From Chloroflexota bacterium (GTDB taxonomy: Bacteria > Chloroflexota > Anaerolineae > UBA7937 > B3-Chlor): DNA of 64,000 bases. A model generated the notes under the pieces. That model searched no databases. It had not been told where the DNA came from and was given only the letters and a program-made list of their open reading frames with translations. Position 1 is the stretch's first letter, and each line of letters begins with the position of its first letter. Of the stretch, positions 1 through 9,389 are shown in pieces. The DNA is taken from contig JAUVXJ010000013.1 in the NCBI GenBank assembly GCA_030603665.1, positions 23,910-87,909 of the forward strand, written 5' to 3'. Both the position numbers and the translations under genes were made by a program.

Positions 1-411
1 GTGAGCCAGCCTCTCGATTTCCAATGGGCTCAGGTTGTTCACCCTGGCCAAGACTCTTCTCGCGATGACTATGTCGACCGTGTCAAGCGAAGGCTCAAGG
101 CGCGGCTTCCCACCTAGTGCATGAGCCTTCTTGGGATACGGCGAAGCTCTGCGACTTGCCGCAATGGTGACGCTGATTTCGAAGCCATCCATATCCTCAA
201 CGGAGGAATCGAAATTCCTAGCGAGTGGTCCCTTCTTCTGGCGAGTATAGCTTTCGCCAGTCATCGTCTCGCCAATCAGCCTTACTTTTTCGACGTCGAT
301 CAAGTAGACAATCTTTGCAAGCTCGATAGCACCCGGCTCTCTGTCCATTTCAGAGAGAACGAAAAACATCAGGCTGTGAAGTACTGTCGGTGAGAATCCA
401 ATACTATCCAT
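1..411 (-). CDS. Panacea (DUF4065/SocA-like) antitoxin-domain protein, 3' end outside the window
   Basis: Not in the ORF track because it runs off the edge. Manual translation from ATG 411 (RBS GGAGG upstream): MDSIGFSPTVLHSLMFFVLSEMDREPGAIELAKIVYLIDVEKVRLIGETMTGESYTRQKKGPLARNF...NNLSPLEIERLAH. The LxKxxY...G..xTG..Y.....GP pattern is typical of DUF4065. Confidence 0.75.
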   Translation of the reverse strand, partial: MDSIGFSPTVLHSLMFFVLSEMDREPGAIELAKIVYLIDVEKVRLIGETMTGESYTRQKKGPLARNFDSSVEDMDGFEISVTIAASRRASPYPKKAHALGGKPRLEPSLDTVDIVIARRVLARVNNLSPLEIERLAH

Positions 412-481
412 GTCTCTCCTCCAGACGTATCCTGTGTACCCTGCCTCGTCCTCATCGAGATTCTTCCGAAGTACCATAGCC

Positions 482-510
482 AGTTTATCAGAGAATCTGC
501 GCCCTGTCAA
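482..510 (-). promoter_or_regulatory. sigma70-type promoter for the Panacea gene
   Basis: Minus strand reads TTGACA-17 nt-TAAACT with an extended TG, upstream of ATG 411. Confidence 0.65.
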
Positions 511-551
511 GTTGTTCCGCTTCACATACTATTACGCAACGGGCTATTCCT

Positions 552-803
552 TGTCAAGCCAAGCACAACACCCGTTCCAGCTCCATTGCCGTATTTGCGA
601 CCCACACGCCCAGGCGTGCAGCTACTAAATGCGGCAGAGCATCCAGGCTGACCGAGCAAACAGTACCAGGCAGCCAACATAGTGGTGCCAGCCTGCAAGA
701 AGGAATTGCCGACTCGCGCCATCCAGCGTAGAATAGGCCGGTCTCACAGGCTACAGATGGACCACCAAGCTGAAGGATGCTCCACATGTCCTGGAGTGTT
801 GTC
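552..803. repeat. Conserved non-coding element, copy 1 (abuts comM 3' fragment)
   Basis: Aligns end to end with 14135-14381 (about 75% identity by eye, 4-nt and 1-nt indels). Begins TGTCAA and ends CTCCA-N7-TGGAG-TGTTGTC directly before comM CACAAC. Confidence 0.9.
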
Positions 804-1685
804 CACAACGTCCTCATGACTGGACCGCCCGGGGCCGGCAAGACTCTCATGGCGCGGTCCTTGCCTTCCATCCTGCCCAGCATGACCATCGAGGAAGCCC
901 TCGACGTGACCAAGATCTACTCTGTCTCGAGCCTGTTGCCTCCTGAGACCCCCCTCATCCGCCACCGTCCTTTCCGCGCCCCCCACCATACCATCAGCCA
1001 CGCGGGTCTCGTCGGCGGCGGCCAGTGGCCTCGCCCAGGGGAGATCAGCCTGGCCCACCACGGCGTCCTCTTCCTGGACGAGGTCCCAGAGTTCGGCACC
1101 CGGGTACTAGAGGTGATGCGCCAGCCCATGGAGGACAAGGTGGTCACCATCAGCCGGGCCCAGGGTACCCTCACCTTCCCAGCCAAGTTCACCCTGATAG
1201 GAGCCATGAACCCCTGCCCGTGTGGCTACTTCGGAGACCCTAGCCGGGAGTGCACCTGCGCCCTGTCCATGGTCAGCCGGTACCAGAAGCGCCTCTCGGG
1301 ACCTCTGCTGGATCGCATCGATATCCACATCGACGTACCCCGGGTGGATTATGAGAAGCTAACCGACGATCGTCTGGGCGAGCCGTCGGAGGCCATCCGC
1401 AAACGCGTGGAGAAGGCCCGCCGCGCGCAGCGCCAGCGCTTCGAGGGCACGCCAATGACCTGCAACGCAGACATGGGCCCGGCCGAGGTTAGAGAGTATT
1501 GCCAGGTTGACGACGCGGGAGGGAGCCTGCTGCGCGCGGCCATGGAGCAGCTGCAGATGAGCGCCCGAGCTTTTCACCGGGTGCTCAAGCTGGGCCGCAC
1601 CATCGCCGACCTGGCCGGGTCGGAGACCATCGAGACCGCCCACCTGGCCGAGGCTATCCAGTACCGGCCCAGGACGCACATGTAG
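786..1685 (+). CDS. comM: ComM/YifB Mg-chelatase-like AAA+ ATPase, 5'-truncated (copy 1)
   Basis: HNVLMTGPPGAGKT (Walker A), RPFRAPHHT, GEISLAHHGVLFLDE, AMNPCPCG, SGPLLDRIDI, ARAFHRVLKLGRTIADL. The ~200-aa N-terminal domain is missing and homology starts at 804. Confidence 0.93.
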   Translation: MSWSVVHNVLMTGPPGAGKTLMARSLPSILPSMTIEEALDVTKIYSVSSLLPPETPLIRHRPFRAPHHTISHAGLVGGGQWPRPGEISLAHHGVLFLDEVPEFGTRVLEVMRQPMEDKVVTISRAQGTLTFPAKFTLIGAMNPCPCGYFGDPSRECTCALSMVSRYQKRLSGPLLDRIDIHIDVPRVDYEKLTDDRLGEPSEAIRKRVEKARRAQRQRFEGTPMTCNADMGPAEVREYCQVDDAGGSLLRAAMEQLQMSARAFHRVLKLGRTIADLAGSETIETAHLAEAIQYRPRTHM

Positions 1686-2086
1686 GGCGGCGCGAGGACG
1701 CGCTGGCCAGAGTCAGTCGTTGTTCACCCTTCGAGGGGCGGCAAATGGCTGTGGCTGAGCGTGATCCCGCCGAGTAGTGCACGCGCTCCGGCATACGGGC
1801 AGTGCAGGGCCTGCGGGGATTCTGACATCTCCCGCGTATCTGCGGCTCACCATAGAGCAGGATGCTCAACCTTGCCACTGAGCTAGCCTATGTCCGCTTG
1901 CTCCGCTCTCGCGCGGACGAGACGTGGTCCACGTAGGCAGCCCTGGGCAATGGAGGTCAACTTGTGATAGCGGTGCTAAGTCGGTGCATTCTTGGCCATG
2001 GCCCTATGCGGCCAGCGTTGCTCACGTAGGTCAGGGATGGGCACCCTTTCGTGTGTCCCAGAGGTCCGGCGGAGAGGAGAGGATTG

Positions 2087-2368
2087 ATGGCGCATTGTCT
2101 GGTCACCTGCGACCTATTCAGAGCTGATCTCGACAGCCTGCCCCGCAAGATCCAAACTCGCACCGTAGCGAAGTTCCCCTTTCTCGAACGAAACCCGCGC
2201 CACCCCAGTCTGAACAGCCACAGGGTTCACGCTTCTCCCAGTGGCAGAGACATCTGGGAATCGTACGTAGACAAGACGAGGTACCGAATCCTGTGGGAGT
2301 TCCTCCCGGGACAGGACCTTGCCCTCTGGCGCACGCTCACAGAGATATCATTCAGCGGGCAGCACTGA
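2087..2368 (+). CDS. RelE/ParE-superfamily (mRNA interferase-like) small protein, possibly C-terminally degenerate
   Basis: RBS GAGGAG before ATG 2087; F..DLDSLP...NPRHPSLNSH...DIWESYVDKTRYRILWE pattern. Confidence 0.6.
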   Translation: MAHCLVTCDLFRADLDSLPRKIQTRTVAKFPFLERNPRHPSLNSHRVHASPSGRDIWESYVDKTRYRILWEFLPGQDLALWRTLTEISFSGQH

Positions 2369-2428
2369 ATGGCGAACATTGAGTCAGGTTGCGGATGGTC
2401 CGGTCAAATCAATGTCCGGGTCGCAGCC

Positions 2429-2457
2429 TTGACTCATGTAGGTAGCCGAGCTAGAAT
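2429..2457 (+). promoter_or_regulatory. sigma70-type promoter
   Basis: TTGACT-17 nt-TAGAAT. Confidence 0.45.
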
Positions 2458-2841
2458 AGACTCGCGAGGCTGTGCACTATGCCACCCTCATCTCTGAGGA
2501 TCCACTGCCATGCAAGATGACATTGACTTCAGCCCCCAGGTGCGCTCTTGCATCGTGAGTTCCTGGAGTCTGCATCAACCGATGACACAGCAGACCTCGA
2601 TCAAGGCAGGGCAAGGATGAGACCCAAGACCTGGACGCGAAGTACCGAAACTGTGGTGGGTTGTGCTATTGCGCGAGCCCGTGTCCATATGCGCTCAACC
2701 TGACCCTTCCCTTGAATAGCACAAGGTTTCGATGAGAGAATCCTAGCTTGACCAGGGATTCCGTGAACTGGGCATCTGCAGAACAATGGAACAACCAGTT
2801 TTCGTTGGTCAGTTCTTGATGGGCAAGGGGGAGTTCTCACC

Positions 2842-3780
2842 ATGGAGGTCCTGACTGGTGTATTCATTGTCGCGCTCTATAGGACAATGGAGAAGATTTG
2901 GGAGAAGAGCTTCGACGCGGCGTGGGAGCCCGTAGACGACACATTGAAAGCCAGATTCACCATTTGGGCTGGAAGTGGCGACGAGCGGAAACGCCGCATC
3001 GCCTTCGGAAGGGCCGCAGGCAAAGCCCGGAACTTGACCCTGCTCAAGGCTGAGGACGATCCACTGCAGAGAGTGCAGACAGAGCTGGTTCTCAAGGTAC
3101 TAGACGAAGGGCTGACGGACAGCGCTGCTGAGGAGTTGGCTGAAGAAGCTGCCAAGCTCATACTTTTCTCGGAGGACCCAGACATCGCTCGCATGACGAC
3201 ATACTGCCAAGAGCGCCTGAAGTGGGATGTGCTATGGTCTGGGGGTGAGCGCCCAGAAAGCAACGCCGTAACAGCCGTCTTAACTGCATTTCTGGACAAC
3301 CTGCGGGGATCGTTGCTGGACCAGGAGATCTACCGTGACGTTATGCACGACAAAGAACTGCTGGGGTTGCTGGGGAAGATAGCGCATGACCAACACCGCA
3401 CCGCAGAGGCCACGGTTCGGTGGTTGGAGGCGTCTGAGGACGCGGGACCGGCACCGGCCAGCATTGTGTGTGCGAAGGCTGTTAGTAGAGCCTCAATGCA
3501 AGGGGCAAGACTACTTGACGCCTCCAGCCAAAGACCTTTGCCACGAAGATGTCGTAGCCGCCGTTGTAGGTTCTGTCGAAGGCCCCGGGCGTCGTTGGAA
3601 AGCCTGAACACTCAGTGTGACCGGTCACATATGCATCACCCCCGGTATCCACAGCAATGCCGAAGGCAACGGACCAGCACCAGCTGCCACCCAGCCATTG
3701 GCGGAATACCAGGTCTGTTCCAGCCTCATTCAGCTTCGCCACGAAAGCCATGGCGTAGCCCGGCCCGGCAGAACCCGTGA
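2842..3780 (+). pseudogene. Truncated helical protein, possibly the N-terminus of a larger (STAND/NACHT-type?) protein
   Basis: Good RBS and protein-like sequence for about 200 aa, then the frame runs 300 nt into the convergent SBBP gene with antisense-like composition. Family assignment is a guess. Confidence 0.45.
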
Positions 3781-5725
3781 TGTATGCCGAGCCCCTCTGA
3801 TCCACATCAATCGCCCCGGGCCATGAGCAGACTCGCTGTCCCAGGTATTGCCATCCCATGAAGGTGCTGTATACCAGGCCCGTACCATTGCTGTTCAACT
3901 TCGTCACGAAAGTATCAAGATCCCATTCGTCCTCACCCGCGTAGGTCCTGCAGAATGCTCCAGGCGTGGTCGGGAAGTCGAAAGAGCTCGTATAGCCAGA
4001 GACATAGGCTTCGCCTGCTGAGTTAGCGGCGACCCCGCCCCCAAAATACGAGTCGACGCCATCATTGTAGCTTCCTCCCAGCAATGTGCAGTACTCGAGA
4101 TCAGTGCCAGAAGGGTTCAGCTTGGCCACAACAGCGTCACTCTCACCATCCCGCGTTCTGTCGAAGGCACCGGTAGTTGTGGGGAACGTCGTCGAGCGCG
4201 TCCAGCCTGCCACATAAGCCGACCCTGTGGGATCCACCGCAACTCCCAAGGCTTCGTCGAAGTCGCTTCCTCCCAGAAACGTGCTGTAGACGAGATCGCT
4301 TCCGCTGGGGTTCAGCTTGGTGATGAAGAAGTCGGCGGTACCTCCGTTGTACGTGCTGTCATAGGCGCCAACCGTTGTGGGGAATCCAGAGCCCGCCCGG
4401 CCCGCCACATACGCGGAGTTGTCGTCGCCTATCGCGATCGAGAATCCTGTGCCGCCGCCGAGCGAAGTGCTGTAGACTAGGTCGCTTCCACTGGGATTCA
4501 GCTTCGCCACGAAGGCACCGCTCCCCGTTGCGTATGCCCCCGGTGTGGTTGGGAAGTCGGACGAGCCCGAGCCAACGACGTAGGCGGCGCCCGAAGCATC
4601 GACCGCTATGTCGTAGCTACGGTCGTCTCCCGACCCGCCGAGAAGGGTGCTGTAGACGAGAGCCGTGCCGTTCGGATTCAGCTTGGCCACGAAGACATCT
4701 AATCCTCCTCCATGGCTCGGGTCAAAGGAACCAGGAGTGGTGGGGAAGCCCGACGAGTATGTCTCGCCCGCCACGTAGGCAGCGCCAGAACCATCGACGG
4801 CAACCACCGCGCTTTGTGCCACTGGATCCGGCCACGGCTCGCCCACCGTGCCAAGGAAGGTGCTGTAGAGAAGACTGAACGAGCCCTCTGCCAGATGGGC
4901 GTCGCTACCACTCGGAACCCTGTCGGTGAATGGAGACAGGATCTCGAAGCTTCCTTCTCCGCGCTGGTAGATGCAAGGTTCGGCACTGACGTCGAACTGC
5001 TCGACTGACAACAAAGGCAAGGCCAAATCACCCAGCGTAGTACCCACCAGCAAGTGATCGGTGTCCGTCTGCACCCCAGTTGCACCATCCAGCCGCAGTC
5101 GAACAGCACTACTGTCGGAGTCCGGAGCCATGGCTGCGCGCAGCATCAGCTGACCATTCTCGCTGCTGACCTCAAGATCAATGCCAGGGTACAGGTCTTT
5201 GTAGCGCACACCGGCCCAGGCTGCTACTCCTATGTGCCACTCAGACGGTGCGTCACCGGTCAAATAGGATACGAGAGTGTCTTGCCTATTGAAGCCGACG
5301 AGTGCAGGATGAGGGTTGGCACCAACGAAGGTGACCTTGAGGCTCACGCCACGCAACTCTGCGGCCGCACTCTCCGCCGACCGATTGAAGAGCTCTCGCG
5401 ATGCGCCAAGACCTACCGAAGCACGAGAGGGCCGCGTGAGCGAGAGCCACATCGCATTCTCGGTAAGGGACAAGGACGCTCCGTTACCGACCGCTTGGAA
5501 CCGCACCTGGGGATCATACTGGCCAGCATTCTCCACGAACGCGGACAGCACAACGCTAGGTAGGCCGGTCACCTCCGCGCGGGGAGTTCGAGAGGTGTTA
5601 CCGGACTGGACGGCACTGGGAGGCTGCTCCATTGTGCGCGAGCGTGCTGCTGACCAGACCGCTGGGCACGAAGCCACGAGCAACGCGAGCGCAAAGAGGA
5701 ACCTAGGCAATCGTCTCAGCTCCAT
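3482..5725 (-). CDS. Secreted SBBP-repeat (beta-propeller) surface protein
   Basis: Signal peptide; FVENAGQ and VRYKDLYPGIDL N-terminal domain; repeated YSTFLGG...IAVD..G.AYVAG.T.S..FPTTPGAFD...D.FVAKLNP; C-terminus VVLPLALRLY. Confidence 0.9.
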   Translation of the reverse strand: MELRRLPRFLFALALLVASCPAVWSAARSRTMEQPPSAVQSGNTSRTPRAEVTGLPSVVLSAFVENAGQYDPQVRFQAVGNGASLSLTENAMWLSLTRPSRASVGLGASRELFNRSAESAAAELRGVSLKVTFVGANPHPALVGFNRQDTLVSYLTGDAPSEWHIGVAAWAGVRYKDLYPGIDLEVSSENGQLMLRAAMAPDSDSSAVRLRLDGATGVQTDTDHLLVGTTLGDLALPLLSVEQFDVSAEPCIYQRGEGSFEILSPFTDRVPSGSDAHLAEGSFSLLYSTFLGTVGEPWPDPVAQSAVVAVDGSGAAYVAGETYSSGFPTTPGSFDPSHGGGLDVFVAKLNPNGTALVYSTLLGGSGDDRSYDIAVDASGAAYVVGSGSSDFPTTPGAYATGSGAFVAKLNPSGSDLVYSTSLGGGTGFSIAIGDDNSAYVAGRAGSGFPTTVGAYDSTYNGGTADFFITKLNPSGSDLVYSTFLGGSDFDEALGVAVDPTGSAYVAGWTRSTTFPTTTGAFDRTRDGESDAVVAKLNPSGTDLEYCTLLGGSYNDGVDSYFGGGVAANSAGEAYVSGYTSSFDFPTTPGAFCRTYAGEDEWDLDTFVTKLNSNGTGLVYSTFMGWQYLGQRVCSWPGAIDVDQRGSAYITGSAGPGYAMAFVAKLNEAGTDLVFRQWLGGSWCWSVAFGIAVDTGGDAYVTGHTECSGFPTTPGAFDRTYNGGYDIFVAKVFGWRRQVVLPLALRLY

Positions 5726-6023
5726 CCCTGACCTCCTTCACGCGGACGTCGCGTTTCCGCGGTGCCGCTCCTTGCAGGCGAAGCAAAACGGCCTCGCTGA
5801 GATGACGCGCCGCAAGTCGGCAGATGGGTCATCAGCAGGATCCGCCTGTCACACGCAGGATGCGGCCCTCCGGCGACCGATTCCCTTGTGGGCTAGGTCC
5901 GCAGCGGTCTGGTGCGCATTCGCTGCAACAGATGCTGGATCGTAAGCTATCGATATCGAGACCTCTTCTGCCGCGCGCACTGGTACAGGGGTGAACTGCT
6001 CGGTTAAGGGATTGACAACAGGT

Positions 6024-9000
6024 TCATCGTGTCGCCTTGTGCAGTCCTCGCCAGAGTTGCACCCCCGCCGGCAGTACCAACACTAGGGGCAGAGCAGCGC
6101 CCCAACACGGCCCGCGTCCGCCAGTCGTCGGCGTTGGCTCCAAAGCAGCTTCGGCAACCTCCGTCGTAGCCTCCGTGGCAACGCCAACATCCACGTCGCC
6201 TGTCAACTTCCCTCCATCCCCTGTCAACACGAAAGCTGCCCAGTAGTATGGATGCGGATACTCTGCTCTCACATCAATCTGTGCCTGACGTAGCGCCTCC
6301 GCTTTGCCCATCCCGGCACGAAGATGAGTGTAGAACCGCTCCATCAGCAGCGCCGTCGCCTCGTCATCGACGCTCCACAGGCTGGCAAGCACGCTCGGCG
6401 TTCCAGCGTAGAGGAACGCTCGACTCAAACCCACCACTTCATCACCTGCGCTCAACGTGCCGAGTTGCGTCTGGCACGCGCTGAGGACTACCAGATTGGT
6501 GGCTGCCGTCAAGTCTAGTCCGTAGACTTCGTGGACTTCCAGACGGCCGTCGTTTTGGGTATCTTCTGCCAGATAGATTGTGCTGAACAAGGGGTTGTTG
6601 CGGTCGTATTCGCCATGGGCTGCGATATGCAAGACACCTGCACCGCCACCCTGTGACCACACCACACTTTCCGTAGCGTCTTCTCCCGTCATGGCCTGCG
6701 TCCCGAAAAGTGCTGCGATGCTTATGGCTTCCTGTTCGGCAAAGCGCAACGCAGGCATTGGCTCGACAATGGTTGGATTGCCTAGCGCTAGCAGGTTGCC
6801 AGATTCGGACTTGCATTTCCCCTTAACGAAGGGCAGTAGGCTGGCACTGGGTAGGGTGAACAAGCCATGGTCGTCGCTCAGATACCTGTCGCCATCGGTG
6901 AGGGCGGCAAAGGGAAGGTAGTGGAGCACGTTGTGGGGGACAATCCCGAGCATCGAGGTGGTCAGATATGCTCTCAGCGGGGAGATGAGCCAGGCATAGA
7001 GTTGTTGCAGACTGGCCGGGTGGGGATCCTCCAGCCTGGCGAAATCCCGGAAGATTGTGATGGTCTCCGTTAGGTCTTCGCGACTGATGTCCAGCGCTAG
7101 GGCATTGAAGGTATCATGGGTGATGATGAAGGCCAGTGTTCGTCCTTCAGTTACGAAGTATTCGACCAATGTGGTGTTGGCGTCAAGCAGACCTTGGATC
7201 TCAGCCAACGAGGCCACGTCGACGCTGACGAGCGAGGCGAGCTCAGAGCTCTGTAGTTTGAGTTCGATCAGCAGGGCTTCGTAGTCTGCTTCAAGAGTGA
7301 TGAGCTCAGCTTGCGTGTCCATGATCGCACTAGTGTCCCGTTGCTCACGGGGACGATTGCGAAGAGTCACTAGTTGGGCGCGTCGCGCTGCGATTTCCGC
7401 GCGAAGCGTCTGCTCTTGGTCTAGCAGTATACGGGGGGCTCCGGCTCGGAAGTCTACCAGGCCACCCGCAAGTTGGTCGAGGAGTGCCCTTGCTCGAGCA
7501 CGCTCCGCATACTCGAAGGCCTCTTGGAGGCGACCCTCTTCCCAAAGGAGGTTGACGAGACGATCGTACACCGCGACCTCTTGAGCTGCATAGGTTCCCT
7601 TCAGTTCTGGGATCCCGATCTCTTTCTGAATGGACTCGACGACATCAGCGGCCTGCTGGTAGAAGGCGATCGCCTCTGAAACAAGACCGAGTTGCTCGTA
7701 TGCCAACCCAATCTTGTTGAGTGTCTTTCCTTCCCCCCTCCGGTCGCCGATCTCCTGTTGGATAGCCAGCGCCCGCTGGTGATAGTCAAGAGCCTGCTCA
7801 TTTTCGCCCAAGCTCCCGTAGACTGAGCCGATGTTGTCGAGCGTGTATCCTTCCCCGGCCCGGTCGCCGATCTCCTGTTGGATAGTCAGCGCCCGCTGGT
7901 GGTAGACCAGAGCCTGCTCATGTTGCCCCAGGGTCCAGTAGATCGTCCCAATGTTGTAGAGCGTGTTTCCTTCCCCGGCCCGGTCGCCGATCTCCTGTTG
8001 GATAGCCAGCGCCCGCTGGTAGTAGTCCAGAGCCTGCTCGTATTGGTTCGGACTCTCGTCGGCCCCGATGCTGTCCCGCGTGGCTGACTCGTCCGTCTGG
8101 TCGCCAGTGTCCTCGAGAGCATCATCGTGCCGGTGGTATACTAGACCAATGTTGTTGAGCGTCGTTGCTTCGCCCATCCGGTCGCCGATCTCTTGTTGGA
8201 CAGCCAGCGCCCGCTGATAGTACTCCAGCGCCCGGTCGTCTTGCCCCAAGTAGTCATAGACCAGACCGATGTTGTTGAGCCCGGATCCTTGTCCCAGCCG
8301 GTATCCAATCTCCTGGTAGACGGCCAGCGCCTGATGAAAGTAGACCAGCGCCTCCTCGTATTGGCCCAGGCTCCAGTAGACTGCCCCAGTGTTGTTGAGC
8401 GTCAGTGCTTCGTCCGCCGGGTCCTCGATCTCCTGTTGGATGGCCAGCGCCCGCTGGTGGTAGTCTAGAGCCCGCTCGTATTGGCCCAGGAGCCAGTAGA
8501 CTACACCGGTGTTCTGGAGCGTGGCTCCTTCCCCCGCCCGGTCTCCGATCTCCTGTCGGATGGCCAGCGAGCGCTGGTGGTAGTCAAGGGCATGATCGTA
8601 TCGGCCTAAGCTCCGGTAGACTGCCCCAATTGCGTTGAGCGCCCTTCCTTCTCCCGCGCGGTCGCCGATCTCCTGTTGGATAGCCAGCGCCTGCTGGTGG
8701 CAGTCCAGAGCCTCCTCATTCTGGCCCAAGTTCCCGTAGACTGTCCCGATCCTGTCGAGCACCGTTCCTTCGTGCCGCCGGTCGCCGATCTCCCGTTGGA
8801 TAGCCAGCGCCCGCTGGTAGTAGTCCAGAGCCTCCTTGTATTGGCCTAGGCTTGAGTAGATCGCCCCGATGTTATGCAGCGTTGCTCCTTCTCCCTCCCG
8901 GTCGCCGATCTCCTGTTGGATGCCCAGCGCGCGCTGGCAGTAGTCCAGAGCCTGCTCGTACTGGCCCACGCTCGCGTAGAAGGCAGCAATGTTGGCGAGC

Positions 9001-9389
9001 GTTGTTCCTTCTCCCTCCCGATCGCCGATCTCCTGTTGGATGCCTAGCGCCCGCTCGTAGTAGTCCATCGCCTGCTCATCCTGCCCCAGGTCGTAGTGGA
9101 CCACCCCGATGTCGTTCAGCGCCTCTGCTTCCCCCGCCCGGTCTCCGATCTCCTGTCGGATAGCGAGCACAGCTTCCAACGTACTAAGTGCTCCCTGGTA
9201 GTCTGCGTCATTATAGAGGCCGACGGCTTCCTCATAGAGGGCATCGGCCTGTGCCTGCGGATCATCCTGAGTGGCTGGAGTAGCGGCGATTTGGGCTGGA
9301 AACAGGGCCAGAACTAGCGTCGCGACCAGCAGCCAGGCACCTATGCAATTGACCCACAACTTCCTCAGACTACTGCCGCTCCTCTTCAC
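6024..9389 (-). CDS. TPR-repeat CHAT (caspase HetF associated with TPR) domain protein, secreted and C-terminally anchored
   Basis: Signal peptide, about 13 TPRs of 40 aa, AFEYAERARARALLD, IVPHNVLHYLPFAAL, HIAAHG (catalytic His), VVLSACQT (catalytic Cys), SLWSVDD, HPYYWAAF, then linker and hydrophobic tail. Confidence 0.95.
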   Translation of the reverse strand: MKRSGSSLRKLWVNCIGAWLLVATLVLALFPAQIAATPATQDDPQAQADALYEEAVGLYNDADYQGALSTLEAVLAIRQEIGDRAGEAEALNDIGVVHYDLGQDEQAMDYYERALGIQQEIGDREGEGTTLANIAAFYASVGQYEQALDYCQRALGIQQEIGDREGEGATLHNIGAIYSSLGQYKEALDYYQRALAIQREIGDRRHEGTVLDRIGTVYGNLGQNEEALDCHQQALAIQQEIGDRAGEGRALNAIGAVYRSLGRYDHALDYHQRSLAIRQEIGDRAGEGATLQNTGVVYWLLGQYERALDYHQRALAIQQEIEDPADEALTLNNTGAVYWSLGQYEEALVYFHQALAVYQEIGYRLGQGSGLNNIGLVYDYLGQDDRALEYYQRALAVQQEIGDRMGEATTLNNIGLVYHRHDDALEDTGDQTDESATRDSIGADESPNQYEQALDYYQRALAIQQEIGDRAGEGNTLYNIGTIYWTLGQHEQALVYHQRALTIQQEIGDRAGEGYTLDNIGSVYGSLGENEQALDYHQRALAIQQEIGDRRGEGKTLNKIGLAYEQLGLVSEAIAFYQQAADVVESIQKEIGIPELKGTYAAQEVAVYDRLVNLLWEEGRLQEAFEYAERARARALLDQLAGGLVDFRAGAPRILLDQEQTLRAEIAARRAQLVTLRNRPREQRDTSAIMDTQAELITLEADYEALLIELKLQSSELASLVSVDVASLAEIQGLLDANTTLVEYFVTEGRTLAFIITHDTFNALALDISREDLTETITIFRDFARLEDPHPASLQQLYAWLISPLRAYLTTSMLGIVPHNVLHYLPFAALTDGDRYLSDDHGLFTLPSASLLPFVKGKCKSESGNLLALGNPTIVEPMPALRFAEQEAISIAALFGTQAMTGEDATESVVWSQGGGAGVLHIAAHGEYDRNNPLFSTIYLAEDTQNDGRLEVHEVYGLDLTAATNLVVLSACQTQLGTLSAGDEVVGLSRAFLYAGTPSVLASLWSVDDEATALLMERFYTHLRAGMGKAEALRQAQIDVRAEYPHPYYWAAFVLTGDGGKLTGDVDVGVATEATTEVAEAALEPTPTTGGRGPCWGAALPLVLVLPAGVQLWRGLHKATR
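7700..9170 (-). repeat. 120-bp coding tandem repeats (TPR units)
   Basis: CGGTCGCCGATCTCCTGTTGGATAGCCAGCGCCCGCTGG recurs at 120-bp spacing, with one longer unit around 8050-8130. Boundaries approximate. Confidence 0.9.

Noticed and set aside
552..803. Group II intron 3' end or protein-coding remnant (CGYCGK in copy 2)
   Set aside because: No domain V motif. The Cys motif is broken by a stop and indels in copy 1, so coding status is unsupported.
7700..9170. CRISPR array
   Set aside because: The repeats have a 120-bp period, are in frame and encode TPR units; the 'spacers' are homologous to each other.
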